Source: Diplonema japonicum
Taxonomy: Eukaryota; Protista; Euglenozoa: Diplonemea
NCBI GenBank assembly: GCA_964019335.1
Contig: OZ025648.1
Span: forward strand, 186,001 to 250,000
Length of the DNA: 64,000 nt
Direction of reading: 5' to 3'
How positions within the stretch are numbered: position 1 is the first letter of the stretch; each line of letters opens with the position of its first letter. The notes under the pieces are model-generated. The model had not been told where the DNA came from and did not search any database. It saw nothing but the letters and a program-made list of their open reading frames with translations. Of this stretch, positions 62,178-64,000 are shown piece after piece. The position numbers were made by a program, and so were the translations under genes.

Positions 62178-63624
62178 TTATTTCCTTTTGACAATCCTCC
62201 TACGCGCCTCAGCGATGGAACGAGCAGGGAAGTGTGCTGAGACGACCGAGTCCGCAACACCCCACCCGAAGAGGACCATGGCCCACTCTGCGAGGCGCTC
62301 CCTCTTGTTCAGCAAGAGGTCTACTGCTGTTAGGCTGCTTGAGTTCTTCGCTTCCACGTCGAAGCGCTTGGGATACTCTGGGTCAGTGAGTGCCTTGACT
62401 AGTGTGGGATGGTCCTCTTTGATCGCGAGGTGCAAGGCGTTGTCGCCATTGTGCCTTGCTTTCCGTGTGTCAGGTGTGATTAACATCTTGATCACCTTGT
62501 CACCGTGCTTCTCCCATGACTCCGTTTTCACTGCGATCAGCAGTGCATTCAACCCGTTTGCATCGACGCATGTCACATCTGCACCAATCGCCACGAGCGT
62601 AGCGGACATAGCTACCCGTCCTTTACGAACGGCCAGAAGTAGAGGTGTGTCCCCGTTCCCATCTCGCATCATCAGCGCCTTCTTCGACGCAAGCAGCTTC
62701 AGCACCTTGTTTCGGGTTTGACACACATCGACCATACCTTGGGGCCCTCGCCTGTCGCCATTGAATCACCGCAAACAGCCGTGTGAAGGAGTGTTCGTGC
62801 ACAGTGCTCCGAGAACACAACATTCAAAGGCACGACAGTGCTCAGGAGAAACCTGGGGAGGTTTTTTTTTTCTTTCTTTCTTTTTTTTTTTTTTTTTTGA
62901 AAACGACATACTTTAAAGCGGGTGCAACAGTACCTGCTTTGATGAGGCTTTCGAGCTGCAAGAGCTTCTTGCGGTCGGCGGGGGAGACGTCGTCCAAGGT
63001 AGTGATCGGGAGTGGCTCGGGTGCAGCTGCTCGCTTTGGCATAGCACGCGCACGCCTTGTGAATTCCTTTACAGCAGCGATGACACGTAACTTGGAAGCA
63101 GAAGAGAAGCGTGACTTGCGCTGTGCTTTGAGATGCGATTTTACATCAGAGCAGCACACGAATTTCTCGTAGGTGCCCTCAGCGTCCTTGCCAGTGACTG
63201 TGTACCCCTTGTCAGTCACTCGAACGATGGTGCACGGTGTCCAACAGCCATCGCTACGCAGGACGGTGCAAAGCTGGTTTTTGGTGAAGACGACCTCCTC
63301 CTCCCATTGGTCTGGGTCCATCACTGTTTCGTGGGTTATGTCTGTTAGAATGTAAGAGGTATTGTTGGCTTCGATAGCAGCCTCGTGCCGAATGGGGGTC
63401 ACCGTGTTCAGGTGGTTCAAAAGCTCGGTGAGCATATTTTGTACTTCGGCATTCTTTGTACACGCCTTGTTGTTGAGTAGCTCGAGCGTCTTGCTGTACG
63501 CTGTCGTGATGCCCGCCTCTAGCTCTTTGATGCGCAGCCGCGCGGCTTCGAGATCGTGGTGTAGCTCATCGCCGATCCGTTCGGTGATGTTTTGGTCGCA
63601 CCAAGGGCACCACTTCTTTGTCAT
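62178..63624 (-). CDS. coiled coil + SH3/Tudor-like + ankyrin repeat protein (introns 62853-62911, 62706-62737)
   Basis: VLRSDGCW beta module; GDTPLL and GDNALH ankyrin repeats; splicing gives a continuous frame. Confidence 0.75.
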
Positions 63625-63741
63625 TGTTTGTTGGTTTCATTTTCCTGTTTTTTTTTTTAATTTTCTTTTTACACTTTTTTTTTCCTTAAACCGGCGAAGA
63701 AAAGAACAATTCGATAAGCATGTGTTATTGAGCCGCAACCT

Positions 63742-64000
63742 TTAGATAGATTGGAGGAACCCCTTGTGCCGAAGAATGTTTCGCACTGTGGCAGCAGCGA
63801 TGGCAATCGACGCGGGCTCGTTCCAAAAATGGTTCACGCCCGAAGGATGGGGGATGGTCAGGGTGCAGCCATCACTTTGAAGGAGCATGGGTTTCAGGCC
63901 AAAGGCCTTCGCCACGTTGCTGCCCAAAATGATAACGACCGGCCTGTTGGTGAGCACAATCCTTGATGCTGCGGCTTTCGCTTCCTTTTGTCCGAACTTG
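63742..64000 (-). CDS. uracil-DNA glycosylase-like protein, 3' part (cut by window edge)
   Basis: VIILGSNVAKAF...IPHPSGVNHFWN resembles UDG superfamily motif B. Confidence 0.6.
   Translation of the reverse strand, partial: KFGQKEAKAAASRIVLTNRPVVIILGSNVAKAFGLKPMLLQSDGCTLTIPHPSGVNHFWNEPASIAIAAATVRNILRHKGFLQSI

Overview
Eukaryotic nuclear DNA, most likely a euglenozoan and probably a diplonemid. The basis is the alpha-tubulin sequence type (VDWSPTGFK; C-terminal [15 protein letters not shown]), about 25 genes all on the minus strand with very short spacers, pyrimidine-tract+AG sites just upstream of start codons, and many tiny GT-AG cis-introns. Genes: TMEM135-like, EF-hand/MIT protein, Cet1-type RNA triphosphatase, two identical alpha-tubulins 23 kb apart, an LRR-ankyrin-polycystin channel, acetyl-CoA transporter, ANP32-like, PDZ/TH1 protein, two PPR proteins, a FAR-like/DHAP-acyltransferase fusion with PTS1, a tandem pair of microbial-type PARGs, a membrane-tethered bZIP-like protein, a pacifastin-repeat surface protein, Wee1, mL46, coiled-coil proteins and a partial UDG-like gene. 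Most notable: (1) a non-LTR retroposon family whose copies end in hairpin + short spacer + poly(T) rather than poly(A), including 37-45 bp mini-copies, one with a clear 9-bp TSD; (2) 32-81 nt cis-introns that often have A-rich, U-poor 3' ends; (3) several unusual protein architectures. All gene models, motif matches and folds were made by eye; no searches were run.
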